Part shown: positions 17,758 through 26,735 of the stretch, piece by piece | Layout: every line of letters starts with the position of its first letter | Numbering within the stretch: the first letter of the stretch is position 1 | NCBI GenBank assembly: GCA_964475855.1 | Contig: CAYZAV010000001.1 | Coordinates: 143,014 to 207,013 of the forward strand | From: an uncultured Candidatus Saccharibacteria bacterium | GTDB lineage: Bacteria > Patescibacteriota > Minisyncoccia > Minisyncoccales > Staskawiczbacteraceae | DNA: 64,000 nucleotides | Reading direction: 5' to 3' | Program-made: the position numbers and the translations under genes | Notes under the pieces: generated by a model | Seen by the model: the letters and a program-made list of their open reading frames with translations, nothing else | Told to the model about the DNA's origin: nothing | Database searches by the model: none

Positions 17758-17782
17758 TAAAAACCCCTCAAAGGGGTTTTTA
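17758..17782 (+). terminator. Rho-independent terminator
   Basis: AAACCCCT-CAA-AGGGGTTTTT. Confidence 0.75.
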
Positions 17783-17825
17783 ATTTGGCCGTTTACATTT
17801 GCGTAAAATGAGTTACTATTAGTCC

Positions 17826-20090
17826 ATGAATAAAAAAATTAGCAACTGGTTCAAAAAATACTTAACAAGAGTCACAAAGCCCTTCCGGCAAAAAAACGGT
17901 TGGCAGATTGCCTGGATGTTTGCCAAAGGCCTGGCCTTCGTATTACTATTTTTTTGCATCATCTTATTGTGCCTCTTTTTCTATTATACCTATGACCTAC
18001 CCCGGCCCGAAAAATTCAGTGAAAACCCACTCATCCAATCAACTAAAATTTATGACCGGACGGGCAAAGTACTGTTATATGATATTTATGGCGAGGAAAA
18101 ACGCGAAGTGGTGCCATTTGAGCAAATTTCTGACAACCTAAAAAAATCGATCCTGGCCTCTGAAGATTCCCGATTCTACCAACATGGCGGCATTGATTTA
18201 CGGGGAATTTTACGGGCAATTTTAATTGATTTAAAGCTCCGATCAAAAAGCCAAGGAGGATCCACTATCACTCAACAGTTAATCCGTTCCGTGTACTTGA
18301 CTAACCAGCGCAGTATTTCCCGGAAAGTAAAAGAAGTGGTTTTGAGTATTGAAATGGAACGGCGCTATTCCAAAGACCAAATTTTTGACTGGTATTTAAA
18401 CCAGGTGCCGTTTGGTCAAAATGCATATGGAGCAGAAGCCGCGGCCCAAACCTATTTCAATAAACCAGCTTCAGATTTGTCAGTTGCACAAGCCGCTACA
18501 TTGACTGCGCTTTTGCCGGCGCCAAGCTACTACTCACCCTATGGTTCACATCGCGACCAGCTTTTACAGCGCAAAGATTATATTTTAACCAGAATGGAGC
18601 AGCTTGGGTTTATTGACCAAGCCCAAAGAGAAGCGGCGCAGCAAGAACAAATCAATTTTTCAGACAATATCACACCCATCAAAGCTCCGCATTTTGTAAT
18701 GTATATAAAGCAATACCTGGAAGAAAAATACGGCCAAGATGAGTTAAAAGAAAAGGGATTAAAAGTGTACACAACACTTGATTGGGATCTGCAAGAATAT
18801 GCCGAAGGAGTTATCCGTGAGGCTGACAAAACTAATGTGCAGTTTAATGCCAATAACACCGCCATGGTGGTTATTGACCCGAAAACGGGAGAAATATTAT
18901 CATTAATCGGATCTAAAGATTATTTTGAAAAGTCTTATCCTAAGGGTTGTGATACCAAGGCTTCGGGCAGTTGTTTATTTGATCCAAAATATGATGTTGC
19001 CACGATTGGAAAACGCCAACCAGGATCTTCATTTAAACCTTTTGTGTATGCTACAGCTTTTGAAAAAGGATATACCCCTTCAACGATATTATGGGACGTG
19101 AACACTGAATTTAATGCGAGCTGCAGTCCGGACGCCAACCAAGTGCGCAGTGAAAATGGTTCATTGTGTTATAACCCTCAAGATTACGACGGCCTATATC
19201 GGGGTAAAGTTTCTATCCGGTCGGCCTTGGCACAATCCTTAAACATCCCTGCTGTTGAAACATTATATTTAGTGGGACTAAAAGACAGCCTAAAAACCGC
19301 CCAAGATCTTGGCATTACCACCTTAAACGAACCTGACCGCTACGGGTTAAGCTTGGTATTAGGGGGAGGTGAAGTCACTCTACTTGAAATGACATCAGCT
19401 TATGGAGTATTTGCCGCTGAGGGCCAGCGCATACCACCTGTCAGTATCTTAAAAATTGAAGATAATAGTGGAGTTATTATTGAAGAAAATAAAAAAGAAT
19501 CCTCTAAGGTAATAGATACCCAGGTTGCCCGGCAAATTAACAGTGTATTGTCCGACAATAGCGCTCGCGCACCTATTTTTGGGGTAAACAACGCCCTACA
19601 TTTTAACAATTACGAAGTGGCCGCCAAGACTGGAACCACCCAGTACTATAACGACGCTTGGACTATGGGCTATAGCCCTTTTGCTGTAGTGGGAGTTTGG
19701 GTGGGAAACAATAATAACGCCTCAACTAATAAACGAACAGGTATCGGTTTAGCTGCTCCTATATGGCGCAAGGTAATGGAAAAACTACTCACTACCCACG
19801 AAAAAGAATATTTCACCGCGCCTAGCCCAATAACTAGTGGTAATCCGGTACTTTTGGGACAATTCCCGGAAAACGATCCACCCCATAGTATTTTGCACTA
19901 CATCAATAAAAGTAACCCAAATGGGCCTGCCCCGGAAAACCCCGGCAAAGACCCTATGTACGCTTTTTGGGAAAAGGCCATACAAAACTGGCTGGGAGTA
20001 CAACCACCGCCCCCAATTGACCCTAATGCCCCACCAAGCGACCTAAACAACCCCACCCCCATTATCCCTCTGCCTCCCATATTGCCATAA
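17826..20090 (+). CDS. Class A penicillin-binding protein (transglycosylase + transpeptidase)
   Basis: EDSRFYQHGGID, GGSTITQQL, SSFKP, KTGT, and a proline-rich C-terminal tail. Confidence 0.9.
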   Translation: MNKKISNWFKKYLTRVTKPFRQKNGWQIAWMFAKGLAFVLLFFCIILLCLFFYYTYDLPRPEKFSENPLIQSTKIYDRTGKVLLYDIYGEEKREVVPFEQISDNLKKSILASEDSRFYQHGGIDLRGILRAILIDLKLRSKSQGGSTITQQLIRSVYLTNQRSISRKVKEVVLSIEMERRYSKDQIFDWYLNQVPFGQNAYGAEAAAQTYFNKPASDLSVAQAATLTALLPAPSYYSPYGSHRDQLLQRKDYILTRMEQLGFIDQAQREAAQQEQINFSDNITPIKAPHFVMYIKQYLEEKYGQDELKEKGLKVYTTLDWDLQEYAEGVIREADKTNVQFNANNTAMVVIDPKTGEILSLIGSKDYFEKSYPKGCDTKASGSCLFDPKYDVATIGKRQPGSSFKPFVYATAFEKGYTPSTILWDVNTEFNASCSPDANQVRSENGSLCYNPQDYDGLYRGKVSIRSALAQSLNIPAVETLYLVGLKDSLKTAQDLGITTLNEPDRYGLSLVLGGGEVTLLEMTSAYGVFAAEGQRIPPVSILKIEDNSGVIIEENKKESSKVIDTQVARQINSVLSDNSARAPIFGVNNALHFNNYEVAAKTGTTQYYNDAWTMGYSPFAVVGVWVGNNNNASTNKRTGIGLAAPIWRKVMEKLLTTHEKEYFTAPSPITSGNPVLLGQFPENDPPHSILHYINKSNPNGPAPENPGKDPMYAFWEKAIQNWLGVQPPPPIDPNAPPSDLNNPTPIIPLPPILP

Positions 20091-20092
20091 TA

Positions 20093-20136
20093 AAAAACAA
20101 ACGCTTCAATCTATGTGTGAAGCGTTTGTTTTTTTG
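20093..20136. terminator. Bidirectional terminator between the PBP gene and dnaN
   Basis: 12-bp stem ACAAACGCTTCA / TGAAGCGTTTGT flanked by an A-run and a T-run. Confidence 0.8.
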
Positions 20137-20151
20137 TCTACAATTCCAATA

Positions 20152-21276
20152 CTACATTGACTTAATTGGCATGACCACATAAATATAGCTAGCATCTCCC
20201 ACTGGGCGTAAGATACACGGCCCCTCTTCCTTGCTGACATCGAACACGATCTCTGAACTATGAATATTCATCAAGCCATCCACTAAATACTTATAATTAA
20301 AAGAGATTTCTATCGCTTCTCCCTCAATACTTGCCTCGATTGCGCCCTGGTGTTCGCCTATTTCAGCTGATTTTGCAAAAATACCCACCTCGTTTTTTTC
20401 AGGGCTTATGGCAATTTTAACCTCATTTACCTTTCCCGAGAATAGTGAAGCTGTTTTTATTTGGTTTAAAAATTCATCGCGTTTGACCGTCGCATGTGTT
20501 TTAAATTTCGTAGGAATAATATCTTGATAATTAGGGTATTCACCATCAATTAAACGGGAAGTGATTTGTACTTGTGGATGGGCAACTTCTTTCATGGGCA
20601 ATTCAAATAAAACCTGGTTATTTGAAAAATATATTTTCACAGCGCCATCTTTGCCATCTAAAATATGCAATATCTCCCGGGCGGGACGTTGGGGTAAAAT
20701 AAAGGCATACTCCTTATTGACCGGCTTTTGAAGGGAAACACTTTTTTCAGCCAGACGAAAACTATCCGTGGCTGCCATAGTAATATTGTTTTTGGAGAAT
20801 GAAAAATATAAGCCAGAAATTTCCGGCCGACTAGTGGATGTCATTGGAATATCAATAATTTGGGATAATGCTTCACATAACTTCCTAGCATCAACTTCTA
20901 AATATTCCGCGTCGGCAAATTTGGGAATAATAGGGAATTCTTCAGGATTATTACCTTGGATATTGGTTTTCAGTTTTTTACATTCAATATGTAAATTCTG
21001 ACCTTCGGCCTCCAATAAAATCTTTTCATTAGGTAGTGAACCCACAAAACTGGAAAGGAATTTAGCAGGTACCAACACTTTTCCCTGTTTTACAATCTTG
21101 GTTAATACCCATAACTTAATAGCTGTTTCAAGATCAGTGGAAACTAGGACTAAAAAACTGTCTTCTGTTTCCATTAATACATTATTAAGCACAGGTAGGG
21201 AAAGATTTTTACCCACAATCCGCTCCACTACTCCTAAACTATTTTTTAAATTTTCCTTTAATATTTCTATTTTCAT
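20152..21276 (-). CDS. dnaN: DNA polymerase III beta sliding clamp
   Basis: MKIEILKENLKNSL... is the typical DnaN start. The track start at 21303 adds 9 residues. The start choice is uncertain because no RBS is evident. Confidence 0.85.
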   Translation of the reverse strand: MKIEILKENLKNSLGVVERIVGKNLSLPVLNNVLMETEDSFLVLVSTDLETAIKLWVLTKIVKQGKVLVPAKFLSSFVGSLPNEKILLEAEGQNLHIECKKLKTNIQGNNPEEFPIIPKFADAEYLEVDARKLCEALSQIIDIPMTSTSRPEISGLYFSFSKNNITMAATDSFRLAEKSVSLQKPVNKEYAFILPQRPAREILHILDGKDGAVKIYFSNNQVLFELPMKEVAHPQVQITSRLIDGEYPNYQDIIPTKFKTHATVKRDEFLNQIKTASLFSGKVNEVKIAISPEKNEVGIFAKSAEIGEHQGAIEASIEGEAIEISFNYKYLVDGLMNIHSSEIVFDVSKEEGPCILRPVGDASYIYVVMPIKSM

Positions 21277-21606
21277 AGTAGTGAATGAGGGTTTATAAAT
21301 CATAAAGTTTTTACTTATGATTTATAAATCTGAATGAACGTTGAAAATATGCTTTGCATATCTTCATAAAAAGTTATCCCCGATTTTTACCAGACTTAGT
21401 AATAATAGTTAGTTAAATTAATTTTATATTTATTGTTATTATTAAGCACCCTATTTTTACTCTTTTCAGTAATAATTCCCAAGCCAGCTATCCTTAATAT
21501 TATTACATATAACTTGTGGATAATGGCGTTTATAATACGGGAAATGAGCGGGGGTTTTTGAGGGATGAGTTTTTTACTAAATAATTTATCCACTCCTTTC
21601 ACTGGT
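21277..21606. other. Candidate oriC segment (dnaA-dnaN spacer): DnaA boxes plus an AT-rich unwinding region
   Basis: TGTGGATAA at 21515-21523, TTATCCACT at 21586-21594 and 21607-21615, a degenerate TTATCCCC at 21374-21381, and an AT-rich tract at 21396-21470. Confidence 0.7.
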
Positions 21607-22965
21607 TTATCCACTATATACTCGCTGTTTTATTAAGTTTACTTCTTCGGTTAATTTACTATTTTCTTCCACTTCTTTGAGGATTTTTTTATAGGCATAA
21701 ATAACCGTAGTGTGGTCTTTGCCTCCAAATTTCCGGGCGATAGCTGGGAAGGAATATTTCAGTTCTTTGCGCAGTAAAAACATGGCAATTTGACGTGGTC
21801 GGACAATTTCCTTGCGCCTTGTTTCATGAAATAAGTGCTTTTCATCCATATTATAGAATTTTGCCACACTTTCAATAATTTTTTTATAGTTAGCCACATC
21901 AAAGGGAGAAAAGATAAAGCTTTTGAGTAGCTTTTTAGCCATTTCAAGGTTTGGAATATTGTTATTGATTTTATGGTAAATAAGCAGGCTATTAAGCGCG
22001 CCTTCTAACTCCCGGACATTCTTTTTAACATTAGAGGCAATATACTCTAAAATATCTTCAGGTAGTTTTAGGTTTTTTTCTTGGAGTTTGCTTTTTAAGA
22101 TGACGAGCCGGGTTTCATAGTCGGGCAAACTGACATCAATAGTCATGCCACCAGAAAGGCGTGAGCGTAGGCGTTCTTCTAATTCTGGGATGGCGTTGGG
22201 TTGCCGATCGCTAGAAAGAATGATTTGCTTATTTTTTTCGTATAACGAATTAAAGACATGGAAAAATTCTTCCTGGGTCTTGGTTTTACCTGAAATAAAC
22301 TGCACATCGTCTATAATTAACACATCAATGGGTGCTAGGCTCGCCTTGAACTGGTCCATACTATTAGTGCGGATAGCCGTCACAATACCTGAAACTAATT
22401 TTTCAGAAGAAATGTATTTTACTTTACGCCTTTTTACATCATTGGCAATTTTATTACCAATGGATTGTATTAAGTGTGTTTTACCTAAACCTACTCCCCC
22501 GTAAATAAATAAGGGGTTATAGCTATGACCGGGGTTTTCTGAAACAGCAAGTCCCGCGGCGTAGGCAAGTTCATTAAATGAACCCACTACAAAATTTTCA
22601 AACGTGTATTTTGGGTTAAGGTTAGTGTCTTTATTTATCTTAAATTCCTCAAACTTAAGTTGTTCAGCATCCATTTTTTCCACTTCCACCATTTCAACGG
22701 AGGATGATTTTTTTGAGGCTTGAGGGTTGATGACAAATTCTAATTCCTTGATAGTGCTATCCATGTCGTGCATGGTTTTGAGCATCAATTTATAGTATTT
22801 ATTGGAAAGCCATTCCTTGGAAAAGGCATTAGGGACAGAGATGGTAATTTTTTCATTGTCCTTAGAGCTGATTTCGGTATTCTGAAACCAGGTGGAAAAA
22901 TTCGCCTTTGAGATGTGGAGCTGCATTTGGGCCAGCACCGATTGCCAAAGTTCACCGTTATTCAT
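21607..22965 (-). CDS. dnaA: Chromosomal replication initiator DnaA
   Basis: GGVGLGKTHL, IDDVQF, and a C-terminal DNA-binding domain (RQIAMFLLRKEL...DHTTVIYA). Confidence 0.95.
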   Translation of the reverse strand: MNNGELWQSVLAQMQLHISKANFSTWFQNTEISSKDNEKITISVPNAFSKEWLSNKYYKLMLKTMHDMDSTIKELEFVINPQASKKSSSVEMVEVEKMDAEQLKFEEFKINKDTNLNPKYTFENFVVGSFNELAYAAGLAVSENPGHSYNPLFIYGGVGLGKTHLIQSIGNKIANDVKRRKVKYISSEKLVSGIVTAIRTNSMDQFKASLAPIDVLIIDDVQFISGKTKTQEEFFHVFNSLYEKNKQIILSSDRQPNAIPELEERLRSRLSGGMTIDVSLPDYETRLVILKSKLQEKNLKLPEDILEYIASNVKKNVRELEGALNSLLIYHKINNNIPNLEMAKKLLKSFIFSPFDVANYKKIIESVAKFYNMDEKHLFHETRRKEIVRPRQIAMFLLRKELKYSFPAIARKFGGKDHTTVIYAYKKILKEVEENSKLTEEVNLIKQRVYSG

Positions 22966-23075
22966 AATAATTTGTAGATGTAATACTCTATTTTTTCTAT
23001 TTATCCACTTCTTGTCAACTAAGGGTAAAATATGGCAGGTTGGGGTTAAACTGTGGATAACTTGTGTGGAAGTTT
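22966..23075. promoter_or_regulatory. DnaA-box cluster and dnaA promoter (second oriC half)
   Basis: TTATCCACT at 23001-23009, TGTGGATAA at 23052-23060, TGTGGAAGT at 23065-23073. The minus-strand TTGACA (reverse complement of 23023-23028) has a box in its spacer. Confidence 0.6.
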
Positions 23076-23082
23076 TTTATGT

Positions 23083-23111
23083 TTGACGCAAACCCCTTTT
23101 TAGACTATAGT
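23083..23111 (+). promoter_or_regulatory. Promoter TTGACG-17-TATAGT for rpmH
   Basis: Hexamers at 23083-23088 and 23106-23111. Confidence 0.55.
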
Positions 23112-23148
23112 AACCATAATATAATAATTAAAAAAGTTATACAATAAG

Positions 23149-23292
23149 ATGAGTTTTACTTATAACCCTAAAAAGAAAAAGCGTGCAAAAACTCACGGCT
23201 TTTTAAAGCGTACACAAACTAAAAATGGCAAACAAGTGATTGCGCGCCGCCGAGCAAAGGGCCGCAAGAGACTGACGGTGAAAACGTCATAA
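23149..23292 (+). CDS. rpmH: 50S ribosomal protein L34
   Basis: [47 protein letters not shown]. Not in the ORF track because it is shorter than 60 aa. Confidence 0.9.
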   Translation: MSFTYNPKKKKRAKTHGFLKRTQTKNGKQVIARRRAKGRKRLTVKTS

Positions 23293-23300
23293 TAATTATC

Positions 23301-23639
23301 ATGTTGCCAAAAGAAAACCGCCTTTCTAAGAAAAATGATTTCGATGCGGTTTTTAAGGATGGGAAAGGAGTACGGACTGCCATAATTTCAGTCAAATCAA
23401 TAAAAAACTCTTTAAGCCACAACCGTTTCGGCTTTGTGGTTAGTAAGAAAATTTCCACCAAGGCTACGGTCCGCAATAAAGTCAAACGCAGATTACGCGA
23501 CATAGTCTCAAAGGTTACCCTATTGGCCGGCGTCGGTCAGGATGTGGTCATAGTTGCCATGCCCGGCATTGAAAAGAAGGAATTTTCCGAGGTGAAGACT
23601 GCCACCGAGTCAGTGTTAGTAAAATTAAATATACTATAG
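23301..23639 (+). CDS. rnpA: RNase P protein component
   Basis: Position after rpmH, and LPKENRLSKKNDFDAVF... Confidence 0.85.
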   Translation: MLPKENRLSKKNDFDAVFKDGKGVRTAIISVKSIKNSLSHNRFGFVVSKKISTKATVRNKVKRRLRDIVSKVTLLAGVGQDVVIVAMPGIEKKEFSEVKTATESVLVKLNIL

Positions 23640-23642
23640 CTA

Positions 23643-24374
23643 ATGTTTGAATTTTTAGTGACGGCGTTTGATTTCGCCCTTTATCGCCCTCTTTTTAATG
23701 CCCTTATCTTGATTTACAACTACCTACCGGGGCATGATTTTGGTTTGGCGATTATTATCCTAACTATCCTTATTAAGCTTATTTTATACCCTTTATCAGT
23801 AAAGGCGCTGAATTCCCAAGTAGCCATGCAAAAACTGCAGCCGAAACTGCAGGAAATCCAGAAAAAATATAAAGACGATAAAGAACAACAAGCCAAGGAA
23901 ACATTAGAGTTATACCGCACCGAAAAGATTAACCCGTTTAGTGGGTTGTTTTTGGCAGTTTTACAGCTTCCTATTTTAATTGCCCTCTACCGTGTTTTTT
24001 GGCGTGGATTAAAACCTGAGGAGCTCGGTCTTTTATATGGTTTTGTGGGTAACCCTCAACACATCAATACTATGTTTTTCGGGATACTTGATTTAACGCA
24101 TCCTAATTTCATCCTCGCCCTTGCTGCTGGTATTTTACAGTTTTTCCAGACCAAAATGCTGATGCCAAAAATAAAAAAAGAAAAGGGTGAGGCTCGTGAT
24201 ATTGCCACGATGATGCAAACCCAGATGACATATATTTTTCCCGTTATCACCGTTATTATTTTAATGAAACTGCCTTCGGCCCTTGGCCTATACTGGATTG
24301 CCAGCGGGATATTTTCCATTGCCCAGCAATATATATTAATGAAACCCAAAAAAGAAGCTGTGGTAAAACTGTAA
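23643..24374 (+). CDS. yidC: Membrane protein insertase YidC (short form)
   Basis: LQPKLQEIQKKYKDDKEQQ...INPFSG, multiple TM segments. Confidence 0.85.
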   Translation: MFEFLVTAFDFALYRPLFNALILIYNYLPGHDFGLAIIILTILIKLILYPLSVKALNSQVAMQKLQPKLQEIQKKYKDDKEQQAKETLELYRTEKINPFSGLFLAVLQLPILIALYRVFWRGLKPEELGLLYGFVGNPQHINTMFFGILDLTHPNFILALAAGILQFFQTKMLMPKIKKEKGEARDIATMMQTQMTYIFPVITVIILMKLPSALGLYWIASGIFSIAQQYILMKPKKEAVVKL

Positions 24375-24375
24375 T

Positions 24376-24840
24376 ATGACCAATGAAACCGACATCGAAA
24401 AAATAACAGCCATAGTTAAGGAATTTTTAGAAAAAATGACTATCCCTGTCCTTACTGTACAGGTGAACACAACCACTGAAGATGCCGCGGACATTGAAAT
24501 TACCATGGATGAAGCCCATTTTTTGATCGGCCAAAACGGCCAGACACTAGTAGATTTACAGCGAATTTTCAGGATGCTGGCCAATAAAGCATTTGGACAC
24601 ACTATTCATTTAGCCCTCGACATTAACGATTATAGCCGTAAAAAAAAGGATTACTTGAAAAATCTGGCCAAAAATGTGGCCAACGAGGTGTTTTTAACCC
24701 GTCAGAAAAAAATCTTGCCACCCATGTCCGCCTATGAACGGCGTATTATTCACGCCGAACTGGCCGGCCGCCAGGATATTATCTCTGAAAGTCAGGGCGA
24801 GGGCCTTGACCGGCGCGTGGTGGTCAGTCCGGTTATTTAG
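24376..24840 (+). CDS. jag: Jag/KhpB-like RNA-binding protein (KH + R3H)
   Basis: C-terminal R3H motif YERRIIHAELAG, and position after yidC. Confidence 0.75.
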   Translation: MTNETDIEKITAIVKEFLEKMTIPVLTVQVNTTTEDAADIEITMDEAHFLIGQNGQTLVDLQRIFRMLANKAFGHTIHLALDINDYSRKKKDYLKNLAKNVANEVFLTRQKKILPPMSAYERRIIHAELAGRQDIISESQGEGLDRRVVVSPVI

Positions 24841-26396
24841 TTTCCCGCAAAGGGCACAATATAGAGCCGGTAGAAATTCCGGTTGCTTTGCAATAAATTA
24901 ATACTTTTTACATTGGTAATTGGTTTTGTAAAAACATCACATCGCTTATCGGTACCGGTATCCCAGTTCTTGGCGTACAGGATAACATAGTAAGCATCCC
25001 TGCTAAACGTAATCCTCTGCAAACAGTCTCCAATACTCCTGCAATCATTAGCTAAATTATTTTGATTATATATTTCATATGGATCTGTTTTCATTAAATC
25101 AAGATTAAGGTTTGATGATTGTGTCAGGTTGCTTGGCCAATGATACTCTCCATTGATGGTAAAATCACTAGAATCAATATTTTTTCTATAGTTTTTGCTT
25201 TGAAGCGTAATCCCACGCAAACTACTAAGGTTTTGCGTTTCCACGTTTAAGATATAGGCCGAAGCGGCTATGTATGGTGCAGCAATAGTAGATTGCACAT
25301 ATAGTGGATTGGCGTTGTCCTCGGCAATTTTAATGCAACTACTATAACCTGCCGTAGTTTGCATAACTGGCGCCGTACATTCGCCACCTTCCCCATAGAT
25401 GGCATTACTTCCTATACTTAATACCACCCCATATTTTTGTTGTAATCCCCTGCCGCTTAAAATTTTCATGGATCGGGCCTGCTGTGGATAGGCCGGTCCT
25501 TTTCGCGCGTCAAATGGTTTAATAGCCCCGTTTGACCGTTGTGCATATGAGCTGATGCCAGTGCAATTATCTGTTAAGTAAAAATATACTCCGGGATTTT
25601 CATAATCCCAGATAAATGAAGCAACATTGGTAACATCAATAGTGTTGGCATTGGCCGGAGTCAATATGCCGTTTCCAGCGATACTGGTGGCAATTATGGG
25701 TTCAGTACCACCTGGAGTTGGGGCGCTACATGGGATTTTAATGGTAGTTACGTCCGGTAACCCATTTCCATTGCCATCAGTAATATCTCGGTCTATTTCC
25801 CATTCCGTATAGTTATATATCCAAACCAACAGTGTTTTTCCGGGGTCAGTGGGAGTGGTAGTGCATTTATAGAATAATTTTGAATCGGTCTCCCATCCAG
25901 TGTAGGAAGTCAACTCTTCTTCAACATCCGGTACAGCATTCTTTGCCTCATAATAAATATAGTCGCCAGTATAGTCATCTACTTCATTATCGCTGATATA
26001 ATACACTCCCGGCTGCACTGTTTCGGGAGTGGTTCCTGGAGTTATTAGTTCTGTGTTGATGGTCCGTAAAATAATAAACGAAGTCATTAAAAGGGCAATT
26101 CCCAATATTGATCCTAGTATTTGTTCGCGGGCGGCGCTGATGGTGGATGGGTTTCCGGCCGCCAAAAGAATTTTCAGGCCTGAAATGACCATAGAAAACA
26201 CTGCTATTAATCCCGCTGCCACCACCATAAACATGAAGAAATAGTTGATGTAATCAATAAAAGAGCTACTGCCGTCAATGGTTGGCGCCCCGGGAATAGG
26301 AATATAATTCACCTCCAGTGCGAAAGCGGTGCTGGCTTGGAGTAGCAAGAAAAGTGCAGTAGTGACTATGAAGGTAATTCTCTGTTTTGTTGGCAT
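24837..26396 (-). CDS. T4SS pilin-like (VirB2/TrbC-type hairpin) domain fused to a 400-aa Cys-containing extracellular domain
   Basis: Signal peptide ending AFA-LE, then two hydrophobic helices joined by AAGNPSTISAAREQILGSILG. The C-terminal region has 8 cysteines and no recognised family. Last gene of the T4SS-like operon. Confidence 0.5.
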   Translation of the reverse strand: MPTKQRITFIVTTALFLLLQASTAFALEVNYIPIPGAPTIDGSSSFIDYINYFFMFMVVAAGLIAVFSMVISGLKILLAAGNPSTISAAREQILGSILGIALLMTSFIILRTINTELITPGTTPETVQPGVYYISDNEVDDYTGDYIYYEAKNAVPDVEEELTSYTGWETDSKLFYKCTTTPTDPGKTLLVWIYNYTEWEIDRDITDGNGNGLPDVTTIKIPCSAPTPGGTEPIIATSIAGNGILTPANANTIDVTNVASFIWDYENPGVYFYLTDNCTGISSYAQRSNGAIKPFDARKGPAYPQQARSMKILSGRGLQQKYGVVLSIGSNAIYGEGGECTAPVMQTTAGYSSCIKIAEDNANPLYVQSTIAAPYIAASAYILNVETQNLSSLRGITLQSKNYRKNIDSSDFTINGEYHWPSNLTQSSNLNLDLMKTDPYEIYNQNNLANDCRSIGDCLQRITFSRDAYYVILYAKNWDTGTDKRCDVFTKPITNVKSINLLQSNRNFYRLYIVPFAGN

Positions 26397-26561
26397 ATAT
26401 TTATTACTTTGAAGTTTGGAGCTGGAAGTTAGGAGCTAGAATAGAATTTGGAATATTGAATTTAGGGTTCGTATTTTCTTTTTCCTGTGCTCCACATCAG
26501 CTTATCAGGGTTAATCTGGAAACTGGTGCGGCGTTGCGGATGAAGTACTTCCCTAGTTGAC

Positions 26562-26705
26562 TCAAGGAAGTATTCGCAATACATAATCCTCCGTTAACTC
26601 CCCTGGGAGGATTATGTATTGCGAATACTTCCGACCTATCTTATGCCGTTCTTGCCAAACATGAAGATCAGTAAATTTTGTAATTTTTCCAGTTGCAATA
26701 TTCAT
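26562..26705 (-). pseudogene. Four-helix-bundle protein remnant (47 codons)
   Basis: MNIATGKITKFTDLHVWQERHK... matches the family N-terminus (compare FEDIVAWQKS at 6144..6488), then loses similarity and stops. Confidence 0.5.
26566..26632. repeat. Perfect 27-bp inverted repeat with a 13-nt loop
   Basis: GGAAGTATTCGCAATACATAATCCTCC at 26566-26592 is the reverse complement of 26606-26632. Confidence 0.85.
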
Positions 26706-26735
26706 AATTCTATATTCTATTCCAGCTCCCAACTC

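Noticed and set aside
21396-21614. 72-aa minus-strand ORF between dnaA and dnaN.
   Set aside because: It lies across the AT-rich tract and DnaA boxes of the candidate oriC and overlaps the dnaA stop. The translation is low-complexity (NNNNKYKINLTNYYY).
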